DNA of 58,881 nucleotides, filler included, from Squatina squatina (Eukaryota): assembly GCA_031763465.1 (NCBI GenBank). It is 3 parts of 3 records of this genome, joined end to end, with 100 filler letters (N's around TTAATTAATTAA, not from the genome) between each part and the next. Parts side by side here need not be neighbours in the genome. Positions count along the whole stretch, not along the records: positions 35,658 to 58,881 come from JARFOE010000068.1; 2 more parts are not named here. One strand, written 5' to 3'. Every line of letters begins with the position of its first letter. Position 1 is the stretch's first letter. Position numbers and translations under genes: made by a program. Shown piece after piece: positions 38,738 through 50,345 of this stretch. The notes beneath the pieces were generated by a model that made no database searches, was not told the origin of the DNA, and saw only the letters and a program-made list of their open reading frames with translations.

Positions 38738-39187
38738 ATGTTCACGGACTTTGTGTCTGTGCAAAAGATTTCCTACTTGGGTTAGAAATTGCAGCTTATT
38801 TTGGAAGAATGTGGCAGAATGTAGAAGCATGCAGTTTTGGCTCCCACTGTGTGTGTGGATGGCTAGATGGAAATAAATTTAAGAGTGTACGCTGTGTTTA
38901 AACCCTGTCCACAGGTTCATGCTTCTTTGAAATACAATTGGGTGCAATATCATTTTGTAGCCACAAGGTGATGTCAGATATCAATTTGTTTCATGCACAC
39001 TTGAGGAAGTTTTGCTCTGTTTACTATTTAAAGAAAACTTGTATCTCTGAGTTTAAANNNNNNNNNNNNNNNNNNNNNNNNNNNNNNNNNNNNNNNNNNN
39101 NNNNNNNNNNNNNNNNNNNNNNNNNNNNNNNNNNNNNNNNNNNNNNNNNNNNNNNNNTCTATGTTTCTACACTACAAAAAAGTACTT

Positions 39188-39380
39188 AAGCAAACCACTG
39201 CGGATGCTGGAAATCTGAAATAAAAATAGAAAATGCTGGAAACACTCAGCCGGTCAGGCAGCATTTATGGAGAGAGAAACAGAGTTAACGTTTTGTCAGA
39301 TAAGTCATCGGCCTGAAACGTTAACTCTGTTTCTCTCTCCACAAATACTGCCTGACCTGCTGATTATTTCCAGCATTTTG
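39188..39380. mobile_element. Palindromic Penelope pLTR-derived insertion with 13-bp target-site duplication
   Basis: Inverted arms of about 60 bp; CAAAAAAGTACTT at 39175-39187 and 39381-39393. Confidence 0.8.
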
Positions 39381-39686
39381 CAAAAAAGTACTTCATTGTC
39401 CGTAAAGTTCTTTCAGGCCTCCTGAGGCAGCGGACGGCAGTATATAAATGTACGTCTTGCTTTTCGTTCTTTGGATGCCTCCTGGAAGCCGAGGAACGCA
39501 CCCACAATTAGAACCTTCAAAACAGATGGGGAACAAATAGTAGGGGGAGGCAGTGATATTTAAACAAAATTGCTGATGATGATCTGGAGGTGAAGGAGTT
39601 AACGGTCATACTGCACAGTCTCTGGTGATTATTCTTTTTCTCCCAATGCTTGTTCTCTTTTGTTGTCATTCGTGCCATAGACTTAC

Positions 39687-39824
39687 CTGGTTTCAATTGT
39701 TGTTCCTCATCATTTAGTTGACTTTCACACACTGATGCCTCATGTATTGCATCCACTTCTTCAGTCAATGTTTGACCCACAGCCGTGCGAGACAATTGGA
39801 GTTCTATTTCCTCCCCCTTCTGAT
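39687..39824 (-). CDS. Probable exon of an unidentified gene (acidic; QKGEEIELQLSRTAVGQTLTEEVDAIHEASVCESQLNDEEQQLKP)
   Basis: Strong acceptor (tttactttcctttcAG) and consensus donor (CAG|GTAAGT); 138 nt, open in phase 1/1. No family recognised. Confidence 0.5.
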
Positions 39825-40029
39825 CTGAAAGGAAAGTAAACAGCTCGATTAAACCAGGAAATATAATGGTGGCATTCTATTATTATCATCAAGGAGCGTT
39901 TGGTCCAGTGACATTATTATTTTTAATCCTCATGCTGCAGTAATGCTCCACAGGTGCCACAACTCTCTAGTACCTGAACCAAAAAGTGTACAAGTGAACA
40001 GCACAGAGCACTTTACAAGGGGGAGACCA

Positions 40030-40920
40030 AAAAGGCAAACGTTTGGGAGGTGGGAAGAGAGACATTTGGGGATAGAATTAGAGGGGGCAGGGGCCTAGTG
40101 GCTGAAAGATCAGCTTCCAATGAGGCAGCAATAAGCAGCCATATTCCAGAATCAGAGGACTGGAAGGTGTAAGTTGGGACGTGAGCTGGGGAAGATCATT
40201 GCAGAAAGTGATTTGAAAAGTACGATGACCTTAAATTTGATTCGCTGAGGCACAGTAAGCCAGGCGAATTTGGCAAGGACCAGGGTGACTGAATGCATGG
40301 GAAGGAGCTTGCACCTTACCTACCTTAGCTAAAATTTGTGGAAAGTGGAGGCATGTGATGGGGAGCATTATCGGAATCAATCCTCGAGGTGGCAAAGGTA
40401 TGAATTAGGGTTTCAGCACAGAGTAGGGTATAACCAGGCAGTGTCCTGAAAGCAAAGAGGACAGTCTCGATGATTGATTGAATGTGGAGCAAAAATCCCA
40501 AATCAGGGTCAAAAGGAACATAAACGTTGCACACCACCAGACCAGGAAGCAACGTTGGAGCTTGATGGAGGCATGTAGGTGCTTGCAGAAGTTGAAATGA
40601 ATAATACAAATTTTGACTCATCCAGGATCGCATAGGCAACTGGATAGTAGAACAATCGCCTTAGCGCCTATGGTGACAGCAGAAAATTGGATGCTGCTGG
40701 CATAATTGTGGAAGCTAATTTTCCGTTTGCTGCAAATGTCATTGAGGGGCATGTAAATAATGAACGGGAGGGTACCAAGGATGGAGCTCTGAGTGATCGT
40801 GCAGACATGGGTAGAGAAACCACTTGAAGAGACAGCACGGCCTGGGACAGACAGAAGTGGAACCGCGAGAGAGCAGTGCTGTGGAATAGCAATGGATCCT
40901 GGGAACACCTTGGCTGAATG
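40030..40920 (-). mobile_element. Strongly decayed L2 LINE (RT region)
   Basis: ITQSSILGTLPFIIYMPLNDI...ISFHNYASSIQF (decayed PQGSILGP and YADDTQ motifs); AETLIHTFATSRID. Confidence 0.7.
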
Positions 40921-41499
40921 GCTCAGTAGCACACCACATCATGCATTTTCCCATTGAGTCAGCACTGTCTTTTTTTTCCCTCTTCTATCTGGATCTCCCT
41001 ACCTCGAGCAACTTCCACAGCTAAGAGAAATAAAGGAGTTGCTCCCAGGTTGTGCTAGTGTNNNNNNNNNNNNNNNNNNNNNNNNNNNNNNNNNNNNNNN
41101 NNNNNNNNNNNNNNNNNNNNNNNNNNNNNNNNNNNNNNNNNNNNNNNNNNNNNNNNNNNNNCCCCAATGGTGCCCCAAGAGGCAATCTGTGCCAACGGCT
41201 CCAGATTCACAGCAGTCTGGCCCGAGCGTGCTGTACCCACATCCCCCCACTGAGGAGAGGTGTTAGGCTGGTTACGAGTATGAAGGGTGATAAGATTTCA
41301 CAGAAGGGTGGTGAATAGTATAGCTTCTATATTGTCTGGATATGTTGTAAATAAATGTGCTTCTGCGTATTGATTATTGTCATTATCTTTATTGCTGGGT
41401 AATTCCTGGTGACCAGATGCAGTTGATCCTGTGAGGGATGGTGTGGATGTAACGTTATGTGACATTGGCTCTATAACGTGAATTGATCTTAGATTAATT

Positions 41500-41908
41500 G
41501 TTGCCGGGTTTCAAGGGCAGGGTTTACACAACGGCGACATCTTCGTCCTCCTTCACATTGTTCAGGGGGCTGGACCTCATCCTCCTCAGGAGAGAAGTGC
41601 TGTTCTTCGTCCTCATCATCTTCATCCTCTTGGTGGTCGGCTCTTTCCTCCTCAGGATTTTGCCGCACAAGTGGCTGTCCACGCTGAATGGCAATGTTGT
41701 GCAGTGAACTTTGAGACCCACTCTGCGGAGTATTGTAGCGAGCCCCCAGATCTGTCCATGCAACGGAACCTCATTTTGAGCAGGCCAGTGCTGTGTTCAA
41801 TAATGTTTCTGGTGGTGCCATGGCTCTCGTTATATGCTAGCTTGGCTGCAGTGGTGGGGTTTCTCAAGGGTGTCATCAGCCATGTTTCCTGCCGGTAGCC
41901 CTTGTCAC
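41500..41908 (-). mobile_element. PIF/Harbinger transposase (HARBI1-like DDE) C-terminal remnant
   Basis: DKGYRQETWLMTPLRNP...YNESHGTTRNIIEHSTGLLKMRFRCMDRSGGSLQY, followed by an acidic tail. Confidence 0.88.
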
Positions 41909-42166
41909 AGAAACATCGAAAATAGGGGCAGGATTAGGCGATTTTGCCCTTCAAGCCTGCTCCGCCATTCAATATCATGGCTGATCCTCTATCTCAACGT
42001 CATGTTCCCGCTTTCTCCCCATACCCCTTGATGTCTTTAGTGTCTAAAAATCTATCTATCTCCTTCTTGAACATATTCAGTGACCCGGCCTCCACAGCAT
42101 TCTGTGGTGGAGAATTCCACAGGTTCACTACCCTCTGTGTGAAGAAATGTTTCCTCATATCAGTCC
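41909..42166 (-). mobile_element. CR1 LINE 3' end abutting a Harbinger transposase remnant
   Basis: Starts with the reverse-oriented tail agaaacatcgaaaatagggg... and includes gaattccacaggttcactaccctctg. Confidence 0.75.
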
Positions 42167-43094
42167 NNNNNNNNNNNNNNNNNNNNNNNNNNNNNNNNNN
42201 NNNNNNNNNNNNNNNNNNNNNNNNNNNNNNNNNNNNNNNNNNNNNNNNNNNNNNNNNNNNNNNNNNCCAAACTTCTGACTGCCTACTCCAGTGTTTCAGG
42301 TGGAGGTTAAAGCTACCATTCCTCTCTTCAAAAAAGAGCAGGGATGTCTCCTGATGTCCTGGCCATCATTCTTCCTTAACAAATATTGTCAAAAGATAGA
42401 TTTGCAGGCTATTCATCTCTTTGCAGAGCAGCAAAATGGCTGTGTAATAATATTCACTGCATCCTATGTGAGACGTGATGAAAATATGGCAGAACTACAT
42501 GGCATCAGTAGCTAAATGAGAAATAACAGGCAGAACTTGGTCAGAAAATTGGATCTGCAACTCCAGGTGTTCTGCGTACTAGGATTGCCAACCCTCCAGG
42601 ATTTGAAAATCAATCTATAGGACACTGCTATGAGCAATCTTGGAGAAAAACAAAATTGTGTTTAATTTTTGTCATTTTCTTTAAACACTTTAATTTATTA
42701 GATATAAAAATTTTGTGGATGGGGAAAAAAGGCGGTCTGACTAACAGTCAAAATTAATCCAATTGGGTAACAAAGGGGTGAATTTTAACAGGGAGGGGTG
42801 TGTGGGATTGGGTGCGTGTAGGGGGTTAAATCCAGCAAAAATGCGAGCAAGTCGGGAAACTGGCTCCAACTCGCCGACTTCTGCATTTAACTCAAGCGCG
42901 TTAGATTGGTTGTGCACAATCCCCTATTAACATATGTAATCGCTCAGTTGGAGNNNNNNNNNNTCCATGGGTATCCCGGGCTTCCTGAAACTCGCTATTT
43001 AAACCAAAGCAAGAACACAATGACAATTGAAAGCGTTGATTAAAACTCATGCGGGTAGAAAGCTCATGCGGAAGAGGACACAAATAAGCTCCCA

Positions 43095-44632
43095 GACATG
43101 CTGGGGAACCAAGGGTCCAGTGATAAGGAGGAATTGAAGGAAATTCATATTAGCAAAAAAATAGTGTAGGAGGAATTAATGAGACTGAAAGCCGATAAAT
43201 CCCCAGGTCCTGATAATCTACATCCCAGGGTACTAAAAGAGGTGNNNNNNNNNNNNNNNNNNNNNNNNNNNNNNNNNNNNNNNNNNNNNNNNNNNNNNNN
43301 NNNNNNNNNNNNNNNNNNNNNNNNNNNNNNNNNNNNNNNNNNNNNNNNNNNNNNNNNNNNNNNNNNNNNNNNNNNNNNNNNNNNNNNNNNNNNNNNNNNN
43401 NNNNNNNNNNNNNNNNNNNNNNNNNNNNNNNNNNNNNGATAATTGTCAAAAGAACCAGAGGTGAGATGAGAATTTTTTTGCTCAGTGAGTTTTTATGAAT
43501 TAGAATTCACTGCCTGAAAGGGTGATGGAAGCAGGATCAATAGTAACTTTCCAAAAGGAAATGGATAAATATTTAAAGGGAAAAAAATGGAGGGCTATGC
43601 AGAAAGGGCAAGGGAATGGAACTAAAAGAGCTGGCATGGACACAATGGGCTGATTGGCCTCCTTGCACGCTGTATCCTTCTATGAATAAGGTTCTTGTAC
43701 GTTGAGGTGGTGGGGCTGCTGTTGCATATTTGAATGAGCAGGACTGAATGTGAATGAGGATACAGGCTACAGAGTTTTGGATCAGCTCCAGTTTATGGAA
43801 AATGGGAGGCCAACCAGGAGGGCATTGGAATAGCTGAACAAAAGCAAGATACTGCAGATGCTGGAAACCCCAGAAAATGCTGGAAATACTCATGATCAGG
43901 CAGCATTTGTGGAGAGAGAAACAGAGTTAATATTTCAGGTCAATGAGCCTTTCAGAATTGAAATAGTCGAGGTTTGGAGGTAAGAAAGAAAGGCACACAA
44001 TGTGGCAAAGATCAGTGGTAGGCCCGAAGATTTCGAAAATTTTAAAAACCTGCAAAAGATGACAAAAGGGGAGAAAATAGATTGAGAGTAAATTAGCAAG
44101 AAATATTAAAAACTGACAGTAAGAGTTACTACAAGTATATAAAAAGGAAGAGAGTAGCTGAAGTAAACCTTGGTACCTTAGAGGATATGACTGGGGAAAT
44201 AATAATGGGAGACAAGGAAATGGCAGTGGCGTTGAACAAATATTTTGTATCTGTCTTCACAGTAGAAGATATATTGGGAAATGTTGATGTGCAAAGGAAC
44301 CTGGGTGTCATTGTACACCAGTCAATGAAAGCAAACTGACAAGTGCAGCAAGCAGTTAGGAAGGCAAATGGTATGTTGGCCTTCATTGCAAGTGGATTTG
44401 AGTACAGAAGTAAGGATGTCTTACTGCAGTTATACAGGGCCTTGGTGAGACCACACCTGGAATATTATGTGCAGTTTTGATCTCCTGACCTAAGAAAGGA
44501 TATATTTGCCATACAGGGAGTGCAGTGAAGGTTCACCAGACTGATACCTGGGATGGCAGGATTGTCGTATGAGGAGAGATTGGGTCGATTAGGCCTGTAT
44601 TCACGAGAGTTTAGAAGAATGAGAGGGGATCT
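43095..44632 (+). mobile_element. Cluster of CR1 LINE fragments, interleaved with an L2 piece (about 43720-43835) and a pLTR
   Basis: LKADKSPGPDNLHPRVLKEV; KANGMLAFIA..EYRSKDVLLQLYRALVRPHLEY; MAGLSYEERLGRLGLYS. Confidence 0.85.
43838..43960. mobile_element. Penelope-type pLTR remnant
   Basis: Same family as 38605-38737. Confidence 0.7.
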
Positions 44633-44732
44633 NNNNNNNNNNNNNNNNNNNNNNNNNNNNNNNNNNNNNNNNNNNNNNNNNNNNNNNNNNNNNNNNNNNN
44701 NNNNNNNNNNNNNNNNNNNNNNNNNNNNNNNN

Positions 44733-44875
44733 GTGCTGTTTTTGGGAGCTTGCTGTGCGCAAATTGGCTGTTGCGTTTCCTACATTACAACAAGTGACCA
44801 CACTTCGGAATTGGCTGCGAAACACTTTGGACGTCCTGAGGTTGCGGGAGGCGCTGTAGAAATGCACGTTCATTG
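44733..44875 (+). mobile_element. DeuSINE 3' fragment
   Basis: gggagcttgctgtgcgcaaattggctg...ggcgctgtagaaatgca. Confidence 0.8.
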
Positions 44876-44946
44876 ACTTATTTCGATCTGTAACTCATCA
44901 TTAATCCGGAACCTCACGCCCGGGTCCTTTTTTTTTCCATCCACAG

Positions 44947-45153
44947 GAGATTAAGCTGGCGCAGAAAGTTGCGCAGAAATATTACCTGGTCCCCGACATG
45001 TGGGCCAAGTGCCTCCTGGGCCAATGTTACGCCCTCTGGTTCATCTATCTGCCCACCCACGTCCGTGCCAACCAAGTGAAGGTCCGAGTGCTGCAGACGG
45101 CTTACGACGTGCTGAAGAAGATGGAGACCAGGAAGGTGGTGCTGCCCGACGAG
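44947..45153 (+). CDS. DENND4B: DENND4-family exon, closest to DENND4B ([36 protein letters not shown]...KVVLPDE)
   Basis: T-tract plus CAG acceptor and GTGGGT donor; 207 nt, phase 0/0. WxxCLLxxCYxLWF is a DENND4 motif; KVVLPDE matches DENND4B better than DENND4A. Confidence 0.8.
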
Positions 45154-45396
45154 GTGGGTGGGGACTGGGACTGGGGGCCGCTGTCTGACCCGTCAGCTCA
45201 AGGACTGACTCCAGTATTGGCTGCACTGTCTTCTGAAGTGGGGGCAAGAGGTGCAGTGGTGGCAAATGCATGGCAGATGCACTGTAATGTGGATAANNNN
45301 NNNNNNNNNNNNNNNNNNNNNNNNNNNNNNNNNNNNNNNNNNNNNNNNNNNNNNNNNNNNNNNNNNNNNNNNNNNNNNNNNNNNNNNNNNNNNNNN

Positions 45397-46170
45397 AAGG
45401 AACAAAAGGGAAGGTCTGTGATAGGATGGAAGGCAGAAGAGATTAATTGACAAACGATATGATTGTCCAAAGCAAAAGGAGATGGTGATGGGACAAGTAA
45501 AGAAACAAAAGATGGATCTAGAATGGAAATAGCAGAACCATAAACAGCTGCCGTTTTTAAAAAAAAATGGGGGCAGAGGTTAATTGGTGAACTCAATGTT
45601 GAGTCCAGAAGGCTGTAAAGTGCCTAATCAAATGATGCGGTGCTGTTCCTCGAACGTATGTTGAGCTTCATTGGAANNNNNNNNNNNNNNNNNNNNNNNN
45701 NNNNNTCAGGGTCACACTTGTGGACTGAACAGAGATGTTCTGCAAAGCGGTCACCCAAACTGTGTATGGTCTCCCCAATGCAGAGGATTCAGCATCGTGA
45801 GCAGCAAAGGCAGTATGATAAATTGCAAAAATTAGAAGTAAATCACTGCTTCACCAGGAAGGAGTGCTTGGGACCCGGGACGGTTGGAAGGGGGGAGGTA
45901 AAAGGGCAGGTGATGCATCTCCTGCTCTTGCATGGGAAGGTGCCGTGGGAAGGGGAGGAGGTGTTAGGGATAATTGAGGATAATTGAGGAGGTGTTAGGT
46001 TGTCGCAGAGGGAGCGGTCCCTTCGGAAAGCTGAAAAGGGAGGGAATTGGAAGATGTGTGTAGTGGTGGGATCATGCTGGAGATGGCAGAAATAGCAGAG
46101 GATGATCCGTTTAATGTGGAGGCTGGTGGCATGAAAGGTGAGGACAAGGGGGACCCTATCGTGGTTCTGG
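45397..46170 (-). mobile_element. Penelope-like retroelement, decayed (RT C-terminal region, CCHH-type linker, GIY-YIG region)
   Basis: DRVPLVLTFH...AFRRDRSLCDNL...GTFPCKSRRCITCP, then IGET..LGDRFAEH with stops. Confidence 0.82.
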
Positions 46171-47211
46171 NNNNNNNNNNNNNNNNNNNNNNNNNNNNNN
46201 NNNNNNNNNNNNNNNNNNNNNNNNNNNNNNNNNNNNNNNNNNNNNNNNNNNNNNNNNNNNNNNNNNNNNNCGTTGTCACTGCCGGATTTAGTGCACAGTG
46301 ACACTGTGCAATTCTGGGCGGGTGGCCATTTTGGGCGGCACGCGCAATGATGACATCACAGCGCCGGGTTTAGACTAACGCCAGTGCCTCAAGCTTTGGG
46401 CTTTGCACCTGTTTAGCGCCGGCGCAAACGGCACCCAAATTTTGCCCCCGCGTTTTAGCGCTAAAAGTGGCCTAACGCCAGTTTTGCGCCGATGTCTCGC
46501 TAGAAGTTTGACCATGAAATTTGCACTAACCAATTCGGCCCTTACCGCCAGAAACTTAAAAAACCCGAATTGGGCGTCCTACATCTTTCTCCTCACTTGT
46601 GTAGTGTGACTCATCCAGTACTTTTTCTCAAATGCTCTAAGTAGGGCATCCAGGGTCTATGTAGGCATGCTAGCGCTTGGAAACAATAGTGATTGTAGCG
46701 CATAATGCGACGAGGTGTGCAATTCCACAGTCACACCGGTTGAACCTTTACTACTTTCCATTCCTTCGTTCCTAGGAAAAGACAAAAGGGCAAAATGTGA
46801 AAATGCGCAGCACACCAAATTGAAGTACTATTTTCAATAATGCTAATCAAGTTGAGTGAGTGCCTGTGTGACTGTATCTCTATAGGAAAACATTATGTGA
46901 CATGAATATTATTGCACCAGTTATGAGCATGAAGGAGCTTCCAGCTTTGCTGTCTTCCATTCCCAATAATCTCCAGCATGGTTTCATTAAATTGGTAAAG
47001 AGATTGTTTTCTTCTTCCACCAGCGTAGCACTGCTCCCACTGATTAAAGACCATCTCATCCTGCAAGTTGAAGAATAATATTGAAATACAGAAAGTAGAT
47101 AGATCCGTAACAATTTCATCAGCTGTACATTTTCAATGGCACACTGCATGTTTCCATTTAACTGGCATCACCCTGCTAAGCCGACGTATCAGCAATAATT
47201 GTATGTCAACC

Positions 47212-47590
47212 CCTCGAATTTAAAATTCTCACTCTTGTGTTCAAATCCCTCCATGGCTTCATCCCTTCCTATTTCTGTAATCGCCTCCAGTCCTTCAACC
47301 CTTCAAGATCTCCAATTCTGGTTTCTTGCACATCCATGATTTCCATCGCTCCACCATTGGCAGCCTGGGCCCTAAATTCTGGAATTCCCTCCCTAAACTT
47401 CTCCATCTCTCTCTCCCCTCCTTTAAGATGCTCCTTAAAACCTAAATCTTTGACGAAGCTTTTGGCCATCTGTCCTAATATTTCATTATCTGTCTCGGTG
47501 TCAAATTTTGTTTGATAACTCTCCTGTGAAGTGCCTTGGGACATTTTACGATATTAAAGACGCTATATAAAGGTAAGTTGTTGTTGTTGA
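47212..47590 (+). mobile_element. L2 LINE 3' end with (GTT)n tail; related copy at about 50775-51026
   Basis: FKILTLVFKSLHG..PSY, then cctgtgaagtgccttggga...cgctatataaa...gttgttgttg. Confidence 0.8.
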
Positions 47591-49602
47591 ACCCTGTTTA
47601 AGAATTGGCGCTGTGCGCATAGATTAGCTAAAGCAGCCATAATTGTATTTTTTGCAAAGATAATCCACCTCATTCTTACTTGGCATCATTTCTCTGTTTT
47701 TCATCCCTGTACTGCACTTCTTAACATCTTCAGAATGGTCTGTGTGGGGAAGCAGGAAGAGCTACTTGTAGCAGGTATTAATAAGACGTATTAATAAAGG
47801 TGACTTACCTTCGTAGAATTTTTGAGTTCTACAATCTTCTTTCTCATATCCTGCTCGCTCCTGTGGATTCTGGAGATAGCATTCCTATTCTGTGAGATTT
47901 CCTCCCATTCTGATGCACCAGCTGACCTGGCCTCGCAGATGCTAATTCAATGGTTTAAATTGCTGGTTAGTACTGTTAAAAGGTGGTGGTTCTAACAATT
48001 GATCCTGTCAATCCATTGGATGACCTGTTGTGTGGTTGTTCTGGCATGAGTTGGGAAGTTAGGAAAACAGTAAAATTGTGGTTTCAAGGGTAGATTTACT
48101 TCTGGTGGTAAAGTTGAGCTATGATCACTTAATGCTTTAAAATGCAAAAAACAGCAATTTCTAGCCTTAAATTCAACTTTTCGATCACCAGCACAGCTGC
48201 CTCCAGCTCAAATATAATCTTGTGTAGCCAGCTTAGATCAGTGGTGTGCTGTGTGAGACACCGACATGACACATATTGTACAAAATATGCATAAATTTAA
48301 AATAATTACTTAGGAATTACTCTAACGGCGAAATTGCCCTGCGCCCCGATTGGGGGTGGTAATTAGCTGGGGCCGGGACCTCCTGCACCTGCTGCAGAAG
48401 TCCCACTCCCATTTACCAGCCGGGTCATGGTTCCGGCTGAGTTCAGGCGGAAGTTTGTGCTGCAACATGGCACTGATGCCTGTAAGTTAAAATGGCCAGA
48501 GCATCACACCTGCCCCCGCAGTCACACCCCGAGTTAAAACTGTTTTTTTTTATATTATTTCCCTCAATATGAACTATGCACACTATTTCTCCTGATCTGT
48601 GCATCCCTGGTCAATCTCCCTTCTCAGTGGGCAAGAATAGATCATCTGGGCATTTGTTTTATTTTATTGCAGATAATGCCATCAGGAGATGTGTTTTTGT
48701 CATGTTAGCATTGATCCCTGATCTCGAGCTCAGCTGAGACTGACAAGCCTTTGGTAGCCTTTGGAGGTAGCTTTGGGGCTTGAGGGAACTGATTTAGGAT
48801 AGAATTATTGACTGCTTGAGCCACTGAGCCACGTTTTTGTTGAAAGGAACTATTCTTGATTTTTTTTTTGTTCTTGATTTAGTCTTTCCTAGGCAAATTC
48901 AATCCAATTTTGATTTTTTTTTCATTTAAGTTTCCACGTACAGATTTCTGTGTGATCTCGTTATGTATTTCAAAGTGTTTGAGACTTAAAACAGTTACTA
49001 ATAAACTGGTCTTCAAGAACTTTTGTCTAATCAGATCTCTTGTCAATTATTTGATGCAAGTTTTTTTTTAAATAGCAAACATGCAGGAAGTATGCCAATT
49101 TGAGAGATTTGTAACTGAGCATTGTTACCCAGTTAGGCTGCATTATATGCTAAATGTGAATTTGAAATGTACAAGCACTAAGCAGAATAACTGTTTTAAT
49201 GTACTTAATGCATATTCTGTTTTCCATTCTTTTGTAATTGCTTTTGCTCCGTGTAGCTCAGTTATTAAAGGCTTTAGAACTAATTGAAAAGAATTCCTTT
49301 AACAATTCCATGCAGTAATAATGTACATACTGTGCACTGTCTGTTAACTGAGCCAGATGATACAATAACAACAATTCCTAGAGTCAATTGTGGAGACTGA
49401 GACTGCTCCAGGATAAAACATGATAGTGGCCTTATCGAATATTCCACTACAAGAGGATTTTGGATAATCATGCAATATTAATGGGAAATCATTTGGCAGC
49501 ATNNNNNNNNNNNNNNNNNNNNNNNNNNNNNNNNNNNNNNNNNNNNNNNNNNNNNNNNNNNNNNNNNNNNNNNNNNNNNNNNNNNNNNNNNNNNNNNNNN
49601 NN

Positions 49603-49896
49603 TCTCACTGACTCATGGGAATCCCTGTCACAAGACTGCCCGAACTACTGGAGAAGTATCCGCGAAGGCGACAATCACTTCAAGCTTCTTCGACAGGAGC
49701 ACGTGGAGGCCAAGCACAAGCAGCGGAAGCTGCGTGTGACAATCCGAGCATCCCACCCATTCACTCCAATCACCACCTGCCCCACCTGTGGCACAGTCTG
49801 TGGATCCAGTGTACAACTCATTAGTCACCTCAGAACCCACAACATTGGAGTGGAAGCAAGTCACCCTCGACTGCGAGGGATTGCCTAAGAAGAGAA
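49603..49896 (+). mobile_element. RTE-like LINE 3' end
   Basis: WESLSQD...WRSIREG...CPTCGTVCGSSVQLISHLRTH (terminal C2H2 finger), short 3' UTR and AAG-type tail. Confidence 0.75.
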
Positions 49897-49989
49897 GTGT
49901 AATTGGCAAATGAATTTCAATATAGGTATGTGTGAGTGGGTGCATTCTGGTAGTACAGTCAATGCAACTCAATGTCATGTTGCTCTTTT

Positions 49990-50345
49990 TCAAGCAACTA
50001 TCTGATTCCTTTTGAAAAGAATGGACTTGTTTCAAGAATGGCTTGTGGTAGAGTATTCCATATTCTAACCACCCGCAGTAAAGAATTGTTCCCAACCTCC
50101 CCTTTATGTTTTTTGTGCTTATCTCAAATTTACAACTTTTTGTTATCAGCTCCTTAAATAGCGAATACAATCGGTCACTATTTACCTCATCATACCCTTT
50201 CATAATCTGGAAGGTACTTATAAAGACACCCCTCAACCTTCTCAGCTCTCGTGAAAAAGCCCTAATTTCTCAAGTCCTCCTGCCTAACTGTCATCCCCCA
50301 CCATTGCTAACATCCTCGTGAATCTATGCTGCACTTTTTCCAATG
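49990..50345 (-). mobile_element. Old CR1 LINE fragment
   Basis: LRGVFISTFQIMKGYDEV resembles the CR1 LRGDLIEVFKIMKG motif. Confidence 0.65.

Noticed and set aside
41652-41876. Domesticated HARBI1 gene
   Set aside because: Truncated by a CR1 fragment and frameshifted downstream; it is a decayed transposon copy.
49603-49888. Host C2H2 zinc-finger gene
   Set aside because: A single terminal finger followed by a short tail fits an RTE-like LINE 3' end.
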